Positions 1-12,192 of a stretch of DNA of 64,000 nt are shown piece by piece. How positions within the stretch are numbered: the first letter of the stretch is position 1; each line of letters starts with the position of its first letter. The stretch is from the NCBI RefSeq assembly GCF_006345805.1, contig NC_043005.1, forward strand, positions 102,548,001 through 102,612,000, written 5' to 3'. This DNA is from Octopus sinensis (Eukaryota). The notes beneath the pieces are model-generated. The model was not told where the DNA came from. It saw only the letters and a list, made by a program, of their open reading frames with translations, and did no database searches. The position numbers and the translations under genes were made by a program.

Positions 1-76
1 TATATAGAGAGAGAGAGAAAGAGAGGGGAGAGAAGGGGAGAGAGAAGGAGAGAGAGGGGGAGGGAGGGAGAGAGAA
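1..76. repeat. (GA)n / GGGA-rich simple repeat
   Basis: Purine-only GA/GGA tract visible directly. Confidence 0.9.
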
Positions 77-326
77 GAGCGTTTGCTTAAAAAATGAAGG
101 AAGGAGAACTAAATAATATTGTTTTATTACTGTCTCCAACGTGTGTAACTCAGAGACCTTCATACCTTCATACCAGAAGTCCAAAAGTTAAAACTCGTTT
201 ACGCAAGAGAACCTTTGTTTTATATCCTATAGAATACTGTAACTGGATTCCACAGAAATTTCACATAACAAATTATTTTACGTCGATGATATTAGTCAGG
301 TGTACTCATCAGTGATTCTGATTCAC

Positions 327-394
327 CAATATGTACGTTTAATTATGGTCAGCAGCACGAAAATTTGAAATCGTAATCCGTTCCTCACCCCCAT
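327..394 (-). CDS. Candidate first coding exon encoding a signal-peptide-like N-terminus
   Basis: Minus-strand ATG at 394 reads MGVRNGLRFQIFVLLTIIKRTY followed by TG|GTGAAT. An alternative donor GGG|GTGAGG lies just after the ATG. No homology recognised. Confidence 0.2.
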
Positions 395-1344
395 TTCTTC
401 TAACCGTTTGACTATTTGTATATTGAAATAGTGACAGTGTATATTATATAAAATGTATATTATAATATTCTGAGAATCAAGTAATGGTTTTCTATCGCTC
501 GATAAATATAGGGAGTAAAAGAGAGCTTTCGGAATTCTTGTTGAAATATATGTGTCTATTCGACAAGAAATGATTCGAAATTTTGAAAGGAAATGTGCAA
601 TACAATTAAAATTTCCTGAAATAAACTTAACTCTCGCTGGATATGATTTTATTTTAATAATTTCATTCAATAATATTTACCTATTTCTTAAAAAATAAAT
701 GAAACAAAGTTCGTGAAAGTTCCGTATTATATTTATACATCAGCGGCATTATATACGAAAACCCAGTACAATAAAATTAGTGTGACTGCGACAAGCGTGA
801 TAAAAGTAAATTAATAAATTTTGTTTAGAAATGTCAGTCAATAAATGTGCCTAAATTATTATTGAAATTAGAATTGAATTGTTTAATAATAACAGAAACG
901 AAATGGGGAATATTACTTTCTCAAGAATAAAGAAGGAACGTGCAAACTCAATATCATTGGAATTAAGTTTTCAATAAATTAAGAGAAGCTGGATAATAGC
1001 CATTGTATTCCATGTCAGCATGACAATTATTACGTTTGACCCAGTGAAGTATAATTGCGTTAAATACTAATTGCAATTTCAAAAAGTTATAAACATATCA
1101 CATTAAAATAAACAATATTATATTGTTTTGTGTTTGAGTGATTTTTCTGTTTTTCATATCCTATTAAGATAAATGTTGTTCTTGAATGGGATCCGTGAAG
1201 GTAAAATATTATTGACGTAGAATTCATAATGAAAGGTGGAAATGGAATCCAATAAATTTAAATTGGCTCATTTTGGAACAAACATTATTTACTGTTGTTG
1301 CCTTCAGGTGATTTATAAATCTCAGTTAATTGTGTGAACATAGG

Positions 1345-1393
<49 letters not shown>

Positions 1394-1625
1394 ACACCTA
1401 TATGGGAAGGGAGTGCAACATAATGTAAAAGGGTTTAGCTATCTCATATAGAACACAATTCTTAAATCAAAAATATATCTATTTGCCAACAGTGTAAAAG
1501 TCATAAGGAGATGCTATCACATATGATAAAATATGTATTTATATATGTATTCATGTATGTATGTATATATGTATGTAACACGTACATACACACACGCGCA
1601 TGCAAACGCATATGGGCTCGCATAT

Positions 1626-1781
1626 ATGACAGTCTTCATTTAATTTCTGCCTACCAGTTCCACTCACGGCTATCTGGCAAGATTGGCGTTATAGTAGAAG
1701 ATAATTTCGAAAGGTGCCCTGCAATGGAACTGAACAGGAAATTGTGAGGTAGCAACCATCTTACCACACAAACATACATGC
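1626..1781 (-). mobile_element. SINE family A (CORE-type, tRNA-derived), 5' half, decayed
   Basis: Reverse complement resembles the head and CORE region of the full copies at 11796 and 46160. Confidence 0.6.
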
Positions 1782-2026
1782 GTAGCTCTATGGTAAGATG
1801 CTCAACTCTCAACCACATTGTTCCGGGTTTAGTCCAAATACGCTTGAACTTGGGCAATTATCCTCTACTATAGCCTCCAACCAACCAAAGCCTTGTGTGT
1901 GGACTTGGTAAAGAAAACCTGAAAGGAGACAGTCATGTATATATAAACCCCCGCCACGTATGTACATATATACACATAAGAGGAATGACTAACAGCTTAA
2001 TATCAAATTAATACCAATTTTTACCC

Positions 2027-2079
<53 letters not shown>

Positions 2080-2320
2080 GTGTGTGAATGTGTATGTATC
2101 TATGTGTGAGTCTTTGTGGCAGTGTTGTTCCGCACTTGAAAAGAAGTGTTCTTATGTTTACGTCCCCGTAATTTCGGGGCTAATCAAAAGCGACCGATGA
2201 AATACGTACTAAGCTTTAAAAATAAGTCCTTTGATTGATTTGTTCGACTAAACTCCTTCAATGCGGTGATCCAGCATGGAGAGAGTCAAATGACTGAAGC
2301 AAGTAAAATAAAGAACAAAG
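1778..2320 (+). mobile_element. SINE family A, decayed full-length copy with internal (TA)n
   Basis: Head (ggtaagatgc..aaccacattgttccgggtttagtcc), CORE-like cttgggcaa and tail (ccagcatgg..gtcaaatgactgaa) match other copies. Confidence 0.75.
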
Positions 2321-2339
2321 GAAAGGACATATATATATG

Positions 2340-2546
2340 CCACGGGAGCTGAAAAGTTCCTGGATTTAAACGTATCGCGAAAGATCTCGTTGGCGGCCCA
2401 ACACTGTAACTTCTTTTACGGGCTTTAAAACATGAATGGAAAGTTGCCATAAGTCTGTGGATCGGAATGAGTTCAATAAAATCATAGTCAACTGATCTTC
2501 CTCTGCCTTGTTTTATCCAAAGCAAGGAGCTTTTCAGCACTGCATA
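2340..2546. mobile_element. Mariner-derived MITE
   Basis: Imperfect terminal inverted repeats GCTGAAAAGTTCCTGG / AGCAAGGAGCTTTTCAGC around about 200 bp of non-coding DNA. Confidence 0.55.
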
Positions 2547-2558
2547 CACACATACACA

Positions 2559-2633
<75 letters not shown>

Positions 2634-2686
2634 GTAAACACACACACACACACACACACAAACACTCATATACGTGTTTGTATGCA

Positions 2687-2734
<48 letters not shown>

Positions 2735-2818
2735 CAACAATTGAGGGTAAAATTAATTAATTAATCAATTTCACCAAGTATTCAGTATGCAAAGGGACCA
2801 TTTAAGGCGAATTCAAAT

Positions 2819-3275
2819 TATTACATTATATAAAAGGGCTTAGTAAACTAAATTATTTTGCCGCATACTGAACTCATTAGAAATAGCAGCTAAAACAACT
2901 TTTTTAAAACTATTTCTAATACTTAAAGAAAACCTCTCTTATATAGTGTTTGCTCAATTCAACTCACGAAGATATGGGGGTAGAGACATTAAAAAATCAA
3001 GTGCAAAGGTTATTTGAGAACGTACGTTTCAAGATTAGTCAAATGTCGAGTTTGACTAATCTTGAAACGTACGTTCTCAAATAACCTTTGCACTTGATTT
3101 TTTAATGTCTCTACCCCCATATCTTCGTGAGTTGAATTGAGCAAACACTATATGAGAGAGGTTTTCTTTAAGTATTAGAAATAGTTTTTAAAAAGTTGTT
3201 TTAGCTGCTATTTCTAATGAGTTCAGTATGCGGCAAAGTAATTTATTTTACTAAGCCCTTTTATATAATGTAATA
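2819..3275. repeat. 457-bp near-perfect palindrome (225-bp arms, 7-nt spacer) in a PLE-terminal-like element
   Basis: Arms 2819-3043 and 3051-3275 are reverse complements with about 4 mismatches by eye; the spacer is TGTCGAG. Confidence 0.95.
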
Positions 3276-3670
3276 TATATATATATATATATATATAGTG
3301 AGAGAGAAAGAGAAAGAGGGAGAGAGAGAGAGAAAGAGAGAACGAGAGAGAGTGTCGAGTAAATGGAGGAAAATTGTATAATGAATGGCAATGGTTTGTA
3401 TTCATTTTGTGGATGGAGTGTGTTGAGCTTCGAAAAAAATAATTGAAAATAGGTGAAAGGGTGTTAACATGAGATAAAGTTTAGAAGATATGAAGAAGCA
3501 GGCTGGTCAACGGAATGGTGAAATAAATGAATAAATAACACTTTGATGCCTGTTTCTTCAGATGGCAGCATAAAATTTTGGGAATCTATCGTACTTTTTA
3601 ATCTGTATGATCTCAAATTTCTTTTCTTATATTTCTATAAGTCATCCATTAAATATTCATTTACAATAAT

Positions 3671-4310
3671 TCTTTTCTACTCAAGGCACAGGGTCCCGAA
3701 TTTTGGGGGAGAGGCCAGTCGATTAGATCGACCCGAGTACGCAACTGGTGCTTAATTTATCGAGCCCGAAAGGATGAAAGACAAAGTCGACCTCGACGGA
3801 ATTTGAACTCAGAACGTAGCAGCAGACGAAATACCTATTTCTTTACTACCCACAAGGGGCTGAACACAGAAGGGACGAACAAGGACAGACAAACGGATTA
3901 AGTCAATTATATCGACCCCAGTGCGTAACTTAATTTATCGACCCCGAAAGGATGAAAGGGAAAGTCGACCTCGGCGGAATTTGAACTCAGAACGTAACGG
4001 CAGACTAAATACCGCTAAGCATTTCGCCCGGCGTGCTAACGCTTCTGCCAGCTCGCCGCCTTCGGCAGACGAAATACCTGTTTCTCTACAACCCACAAGG
4101 GGCTAAACACAGAAGGGACAAACAAGGACAGACAAATGGATTAAGTCGATTACATCGACTCCAGTGCGTAACAGGTACTTATTTAATCGACCCCGAAAGG
4201 ATGAAAGGCAAGGTCGACCTCAGCGGAATTTGAACTCAGAACGTAACGGCAGACGAAATACGGCTACGCATTTCGCCCAGCGTGCTAACGATGCTGCCAG
4301 CTCACCGCCT
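3671..4310 (-). mobile_element. SINE family B trimer (dimeric SINE plus an extra monomer at the junction)
   Basis: Three tandem units. A 17-bp TSD with 2 mismatches (3654-3670 / 4311-4327) flanks the whole, and GCAGACGAAATACC is duplicated at 3822-3835 and 4065-4078. Confidence 0.9.
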
Positions 4311-5007
4311 TATTCATTCACCATAATCGTATCACTCAGCAAATATTTTCCACTATTTTATACAATCTATATTTCCTGTTCTTTGATACATGTTTGTTTA
4401 CATAGCTATTAGACATAAGTTTATTTGTAAAGAACTGAATTTTGTTTATATATGAAAGTACTGCTATTAACGTCTAGCCTTCACATTTTTGTTCTTAATT
4501 CTGTATGTACAGGTAGTTCGTATTTACATCTGAATGTCTGAATGTTTCCACCTCTTGTCTCCCTCTCTCCCTCACTCCTTCTCTTTCTCTCCATGTCCCG
4601 CTTTATCTCTAAGTCTATCTATCTATCTATTTATGTATCTACCTATCTATCTCTCTATATATCTACATATGCATATATAGATACATACACATACACACAC
4701 ACACTCACATGTATGTATACATGGATCAAATATGCAGAAATATACCAATATTTACACAATATATATGAAAGACAGGATGTGAATAAATAGATGTTGATAT
4801 ATAGTCCAGAGCCGCTCTTTGTTTCTTTTCACTTTTCTTTCTGTCTGTTAATCTTTCCCCACACACTTCTTTCTCGTATCTACCCAACTTTCAAAAGAAC
4901 TGATGCTCAAAAGGTTAAAGATACGTTCATCTTTCGCCACATTATTTATATTTTTCACTTCCATTATTATTCTCTCTCTCTCCCCCTCACTCTCACTCTC
5001 TGTATGT

Positions 5008-5190
5008 AAGCGCAGGAGTGGCTATAGGCGCAGGAGTAGTTATAGGCGCAGGAGTGAATGTGTGGTAAGTAGCTTGCTTACCAGTCAAATGGCTCCGGTT
5101 TCAGTCCCACTGCGTGAAACTTTCAGCAAGTGTCTTCTACTATATGCCTTACGATTATCTCTAGTAGACGGAAACTGAACGAAGACTGTC

Positions 5191-5248
<58 letters not shown>

Positions 5249-5303
5249 GCATATATATATGTATGTGTGTGTGCAAGTTTGTGCGTCTGTGTTTGTCCCA
5301 CAC
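5008..5303 (+). mobile_element. SINE family A, 3'-truncated, with triplicated 5' 18-mer
   Basis: GGCGCAGGAGT occurs three times (first copy has one substitution), followed by the usual head and CORE region. Confidence 0.85.
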
Positions 5304-5528
5304 CCATAGGGGATATCGCCATCATCATCAGTGAAAGTTCGGTTTCCATGCTGGCATGGGTTAGACTATTGAACTGTAATTGGTTCCAGTCTGGTTTGGC
5401 ACTGTTTATATTGCTGGATCCCCCCGCTAAGGCCAATCACTCGAAGAGTTTCAAAATGTGACCGCGTGTGTACCGTTGGCGATTTTGTTTCCTCTGTCTT
5501 CTCTTCTCTGGATCCTTCCTTCTCCTAT

Positions 5529-5563
5529 GTTTCCAACGAAGAGCTCCGCTCGAAACGTTAAAC
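5529..5563 (+). ncRNA. Minimal hammerhead-like motif (family 1 variant), core degenerate
   Basis: GTTT-CCAACGA-A-GAGC-TCC-GCTC-GAAACGT-T-AAAC: 4-bp stem I, 4-bp stem II, palindromic ACGT stem III. Confidence 0.55.
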
Positions 5564-5659
5564 CCTGCTTCTTTCCTTCTTTCATGAATGTCCAATAATA
5601 CTATATTTGTTCCACGTCCTCGTGTTGTTGTGTTTTTTTGTGCTTTGGCGTTCATTAGG

Positions 5660-6110
5660 AATTGCTGATTTCAGTTTGTTGGCCAGCAACCTTTATCGTC
5701 CACCACTTTTCCAGGTAGTCTTCCAGTTTCGGCCATTTGAAGTCTTAAAAAAGAGCAAGCATCACCATTCCTGCGGAATACTGAATCTTGAATTTCTTTG
5801 TCGCTGGCAAGCCAGGATTTTTCCATCCCATACTCTGTCTTTTGGATTCTGCATCATAATGATGGACCGTCATTTCATCTACTGTGACTATTCTGCTCAA
5901 ACTTTCCTCGCCCTCATTGTTGTAGCGATCGAGTACACGTTGGCAGACCTCAACACGTTTGCGCTGGTGATCTGTTGTAAACTCTCTTGGTACCCATCTT
6001 GCACAGACTTTATGGAAGGTGAGCTCATCGTGGATGATTTGGTAGGCAGAACCATGGCACTTTGTTCTGTGGCGCACGTTGTTAGTGGAGTAGCCATTCT
6101 TACACTGTAA
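5660..6110 (-). mobile_element. Mariner transposase fragment (pseudogene)
   Basis: ORF 5745-6077 contains KVCARWVPREFT and IVTVDEMTVHHYDAESKRQSMGW, the mariner WVPHEL-like motif and first catalytic Asp region. Confidence 0.9.
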
Positions 6111-6268
6111 AGTCAGAGAAAAATGGTGCGATCAGGCTAAAACTTCGGTCAGGTGACCACAATATTACCAACTATAAGCACGCATGTGCAGAAGGCAGTG
6201 TGGCAATAATAAATATATATTATGGTGAAAGTACGGATAAGTTCTGACTGCTCCCTGTACCTATGTAT

Positions 6269-6325
<57 letters not shown>

Positions 6326-6404
6326 CATAAACACACAGACACACACACACGTACACACAAACCCATCACACAAACCCATACACACATCTATATATACATA
6401 TGTT

Positions 6405-6561
6405 TATACAGATTGTCCATGAATTATCTCTCAGAATTTAGAAAAGTTTACTGTTTCGGATAGAACTTTGTTTTCCCATGTTTTCAAATAAATTCTCCTG
6501 AGGTATACACATTTTACTGAATTTTTGAAATTACGAACGCATTTTAGGGACACCCTGTATA
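6405..6561. mobile_element. Tc1/mariner-type MITE, decayed
   Basis: Ends TATACAGATTGTCC and GGACACCCTGTATA resemble the TA+CAGGGTGTCC terminal repeat type. Confidence 0.4.
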
Positions 6562-6603
6562 CATATATACATATATTTACACGCATTAATATATATATAT
6601 ATA

Positions 6604-6814
6604 TAACGGGAAGGTTTACGAAAATAAACAAAAGACGAAGGCAGGTGGAGTACAAACAAACAAATGTATTGGTGTGGCGCTCAGGAATAGAAATAGAACA
6701 AGTATTTTACGTTTCGAGCCTACGCTCTTCGACAGAAAGATACACAGAAAAGAAACAGGGAGAGAAACAAGGAGAGAAGAAAATGCGTGTAGGAGCAAAC
6801 GGTGTTTCATGGCG
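6604..6814 (-). mobile_element. About 210-bp PLE-terminal-like element (family 1) carrying a hammerhead-like motif at 6704-6740
   Basis: Homologous to 32534-32744 and 50840-51040 and inserted in (TA)n. Minus strand reads TTT-CTGTCGA-A-GAGC-GTAG-GCTC-GAAACGT-A-AAA. Confidence 0.75.
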
Positions 6815-8360
6815 TATATATATATATATATATATGTTTGCTTTTATTACTAGTTATAATAAAAAAATAATTTTACGCTCATCTCAATGGTTAGTCAATG
6901 CTTTTGTAGGAACACGTATTTGTTAGCAAAAACACCATCAATTGATACTTTGAAGTTTCAGCAGACTAAGCCATCATTATAGTCGGATATTTGGTTACCT
7001 TGATGAAACTTCGAAGTCACTGTCAATGCAATGCTATTATTGCTAAAGAGTAATATAAATAACAAACACGTCCAGACACCCAATAGATATCTTTAAAAAC
7101 TGCCCTGTAAATGCAACCAATTTAAAGTTTTTCTTTAAATATAATACTTCCAAACACTATCGATATTATCATTTATTGCTTGAAAATATATTTAAAAGTG
7201 TTGTCATGTATTGAGTTACACGTAAAAAAACAAACTGAAAGAATTATGCTTTCAGGTAAATTATATTAAAACCAATCGTTTTAGAATAATGCGTTCACAA
7301 TAGTGGCTTTGTATGAATATTAGCTCTAGAATCAAGCCTCTGTAGGGACTTTACAAAAGGATAAAGGAATGTATTATCAAATGTAGAAAATAAATAAATA
7401 AGATACGTACGAGAATGAATGGCATAGATGAGTATACAGTTTCATGGTTAAAATTTCTGTATTTCATTTCAATATTCTTTTGTTCTATTCAAAAAGGTAA
7501 TATGAAATACGCATGAAACAAATCGCCGAACCATATTGCTCTATATAGGTATGAATGTTCGTATGTATATAATATAAGATATAATATAGATACGTGTGTC
7601 AGAGAGAGAGAGAGAGAGGGAGAGAGAGAGAAAGAGAGAGACATAGAAAGAGAGAGAAAGAATGTGTGTGTGGGTGTAGGTACTCGTACACCATAAATTG
7701 CATATTTCTATATATAATAGCATCAACGTATATTTATATTATACACATAAAATATTTCTATATTGATATTGCACACATACGCATGCACACATACGCCTGC
7801 ATGCATAAATACATACGTATATATATGTGTATACAGATATATATATAGATATTTATATATATATATATATAAGTGTGTGTGTGTGTGTGTATTACATACA
7901 TTGTTCACTTGTTTTCGTAATGTGCATTTATTTTAAATTTGCTAAGAAGAAATTGGATTCGAATATGAATATTACGGACTAAATCAGACTTGTTATACTC
8001 ATTTACGATATACAGAGATATATTTATGAATGCCATTATTCATTTTTTTAAAGATTTCTTTTCAACAGACAAAGTGTTGGTTTATGCCCTAGATCCAAGG
8101 CTCCTTCATGGGAATTTCAACATGAAGGATATTTTTGTATGTATGTGTATATACGTGCAGATTTATATATTTTCTTTTACGTATGTACCATCAGGCATAT
8201 AGCTGCGTGCCTAGACATGCCCAGATATACTGAAAGGATAAACTTCTGGAAAAGTTTACAGATTATTACAAACCCAGTGATGGCTTACATCTGTAGTCTT
8301 CAAATCAGCTTTGTTATTTTCTTATTTTGAGAAATGTAACATCTCAGGCAGGCAGTATTA

Positions 8361-8580
<220 letters not shown>

Positions 8581-10084
8581 ATTATTATTATTACGACTTG
8601 GCTTCGCGAACGAATATTAGGAAGACTGTCCACCGTGTGCATGCACGCTCATAACTGACAAGTCCGATATGGGAAAAGCAGGTCCGTGAGCAGTGTCTAC
8701 AGACGAAGGTAACATCCGGTGTGGTGTCAGAGGCGACTCGCGCCTTCCTCTTGCGTCTCTTGCCTTTAAGCGCGTCTCTTCTGTTTCAGTCATGTTTGAC
8801 TGTGGCCATGCTGGGGCACTTGCTTTAAGTGTTTACCACAGAGCCACGTCTATTATTAGAACCACCATGGATCTTCCGTGTAAATCCTTCTCGATTCATA
8901 TGCCAATGCATTAAATATAGTTCCTTCCACGATACGAATATATTCTTTACTCGTTAATGCTACTGACGATTAATCGTCATAGGAACCCTGATGGAATAAC
9001 ATTCCAGCGGCTCCAATTTTTTAAAAATTATAACGTAGGTCGGATATTATGCCTGTTTACCCTCCTAGTTTTGAAGAAGACAGCTTATGATTTTAGACAG
9101 TAGATTGGTTTTCCCTTAGTACCTGCCTAACCAATTACATAAAGCGATCCTCATTTGCTCCGTTTAGTATTTTATGTTATATTCTATTGTATTAATTTGT
9201 TTTACCGAGAAATACTAAATAAATATAGCCAGGTATATTTTCATATTCATGGCATTAAAATTTTAATAGACAGACGATTAGAGGTAATTGAATTTCTCAC
9301 CTTAGTCACCTATATATCTCCTTGAGGTGGTACTAGCCAATGCATGAAATCCTTCAAAGTAATCAATATATCTTCATCTAAAAATCTCAGTTCTCATTGT
9401 AAATTGTAAATATTTGCCTCATCTCTGCTTTTCGGGGACATATTGTGGATTTTCCATCTCATTTGGTCTACCAAATGAAATATCAATCACGAAATTAACG
9501 CGTAGGTGTCTAAGTATTCCACAAATACATGTACCGTTAACATAATTTGCATGTCAAAAAATCTTTATATAATTTAACAAAATATAATCTAACAAGACCG
9601 AAATGCTCAAAAACAATTAGTATTCAGATAGAGGGAGAGCGAAAACAAAGAATCGTCCTAGGTCTGGCAAGGAATGCTATTTATAAACACAGAAAAACTA
9701 AAGGGTAAATTTGACCACGGTTGTATTTAAGTTCAAAACCACCCAAAGCAAATACTAAGTTATTCTAAGCTGGTTCAGCCAAATCACACTTATATCTTAA
9801 TTATACTGCTGTAATTGAATTACCATAACGTGACACCCAGCTAACATTACTAACGACAATAAAAAAATTTGGCACCTAAAAAGAACGGATCATCGACTTT
9901 GCGGAACTCACAGTAGCAGAAGACTGACTCAAATTAACTATATGTATATTTAAATACTGTGGGTGGAATTTCCTCGTAAGAGATATTTAAAATGAAAATT
10001 CCGATATCAACTGGTGTCATCAAATATATTAAGAGAAAGTTTCGCAATATATATGTATAAACTTCCAAAAATGTGTAAAGTTAA

Positions 10085-10320
10085 TTAAAGAAAATGGAGA
10101 AGAAATACCGGGGATATTTGGTTAATTTTATTTGTATCTCGAGTAAAAAAGTAATACGTATAAGATTTAAGATGTAAAGGAATCGAATCAGCAAAAGAAT
10201 TAAACATAAAGGAATCTTACATATGTTTCGATCCGGCCATTAGGTTTCAATCATTACCATTCAAGCGATTTTAGATGTAATATAACCCGATATTATCATC
10301 AGGGAATGATGTTTACTTCT
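10085..10320 (-). mobile_element. PLE pseudo-LTR-like segment with decayed hammerhead (10215-10305)
   Basis: Reverse complement is homologous to 16030-16275 and reads TTCC-CTGATGA...GGATC-GAAAC-ATAT-GT-A. Confidence 0.65.
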
Positions 10321-10596
10321 GGCAATCAGATAAATGAAGAATAGCTTATAAATAAAAATGAACCAATAATTAGCATTAATAAACATAACAATCGAAATAA
10401 TAAAAATCATTCCAATAATAACATAAATTATAATACTAGTAGTATTAATAATAATAAGAATACGAATAGCAATCAACATTAATCCTAATAGAGAATAAAA
10501 AAAAAAATTACACTAGATAATACTAAAAACGTAAAAAACATATCCTTTATATGAAACATAAACCAGGTAGCAACCATAAACGCCTCAGCAAATATG

Positions 10597-10612
10597 ATAA
10601 TAATAATAATAA

Positions 10613-10690
<78 letters not shown>

Positions 10691-10951
10691 AAGAAGAAGA
10701 AGAATATTAATAATAATATGAATAATAATAATAATAATAATATTAATAATAATATGAATAGTAATAATAATAATAATAATAATATGAATAATAATATGAA
10801 TAATAATAATAATAAATAATAATAATAATAATAATAATAAGAAGAAGAATATTAATAATAATATGAATAATAATAATAATAATAATATTAATAATAATAT
10901 GAATAGTAATAATAATAATAATAATAATATGAATAATAATATGAATAATAA

Positions 10952-11036
<85 letters not shown>
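10597..11036. repeat. (AAT)n/(AAG)n trinucleotide tract with internal higher-order duplication
   Basis: Direct inspection; AATATTAATAATAATATGAAT blocks recur. Confidence 0.95.
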
Positions 11037-11037
<1 letters not shown>

Positions 11038-11765
11038 TTTGTCTTATCTTACCTTATGGAAAACAGATAAGGACAAACCTTATAAGAGTAATCCGTTCCA
11101 TAATAGATAAACATTTCTCTTCTGTTGAATACAGTACTATAATTAATAATAAATTAATAAGGATCGGATTTTCTATAACCAAAGACTTATTTAGGCATAT
11201 ATCTTCTAATAATTTTAAACTTGATGGGTATTACACAAATACAAACACTCCTTCCTCCAACTAGGAACACAGATACTATCCTAATAACCCAAAATTACGC
11301 GCATATTATACTTAGAGTATACAAGAGCAGTAAAGAAATCACACATAATAATAATCTAAATGATTTATGTGACTGCAGAGTTAATCTTAAATTTAACAAT
11401 TACTGTAAACGTAGAAACCTACTATACCAGGCTAAAGTTGAAGCCAAAGCTATATATGTCTATTATGTTGGAACCACAGCGTTTTACGTGAGATCTCGTA
11501 TTGCTAACCATGAAACCTCTTTTAGAAATACTAATAAACGAAATCACACAGGCCTTAGTAAATTTATCTACAAAGTTGAAGACAGTGGTACAACTTATAA
11601 AATTAGATGGAAAATTCTAAATAATGCTCCATCCTACACATTACCAGCCAAGACATGCTCGATCTGGTTAGACGATACTATCACATCCTATTATCTAAGA
11701 ACAATCTCTTAAAAAATAGATCCGAACAAATTTAACAATGTTTACATGCACATAAATATAATTTT
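11037..11765 (+). mobile_element. Penelope-like retroelement C-terminal region with GIY-YIG endonuclease, frameshifted pseudogene
   Basis: Translations LPYGKQIRTNL..IIDKHF, then CDCR..LLYQAKV..YYVGTT..RIANHETSFRN..TGLSKFIY..IRWKIL..KTCSIW, then (frameshift) NLLKNRSEQI*QCLHAHKY. This matches the PLE linker, Cys-rich and GIY-YIG pattern recalled from known elements. Confidence 0.85.
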
Positions 11766-11795
11766 TAATAATTTATTTAATTACTTTTCACTACA

Positions 11796-12192
11796 GGCGC
11801 AGGAGTGGCTGTGTGGTAAGTAGGTTGCTTAACAACCACATGGTTCCGGGTTCATTCTCACTGCGTAGCACCTTGGGCAAGTGTCTTCTACTATAGCCTC
11901 GGGCCGGCCAAAGCCTGGTGAGTGGATTTGTTAGACGGAAACTGGAGGAAGCCCGTCGTATATATGTATTTGTGTGTATATGTTTATGTGTCTGTGTTTG
12001 TCCCTCCCCCAACATCGCTTGATAACTGATGGTGGTGTGTTTACGTCCTCGTAATCTAGCGGTTCGGCAAAAGAAACCCATAGAATAAGTACTAGGCTTA
12101 CAAAGAATAAGTCCTTGGGTCGATTTGCTCGATTAATTTCGGTGCTCCAGCATGGCCGCAGTCAAATGACTGAAACAAGTAAAAGAGTAAAG
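11796..12192 (+). mobile_element. SINE family A, full length
   Basis: GGCGCAGGAGTGGCTGTGTGGTAAG head, GGTTCATTC B-box-like motif, CCTTGGGCAAGTGTCTT CORE-like motif, AGTAAAAGAG tail. Confidence 0.9.

Noticed and set aside
5008-5058. Three short direct repeats, superficially CRISPR-like
   Set aside because: No unique spacers, eukaryotic context, no cas genes; it is the SINE 5' end.
5607-6110. 167-aa plus-strand ORF
   Set aside because: Antisense shadow of the minus-strand mariner transposase fragment.
8964-8979. 16-bp perfect palindrome TGACGATTAATCGTCA
   Set aside because: Isolated, with no supporting context; not distinguishable from chance or a small repeat remnant.
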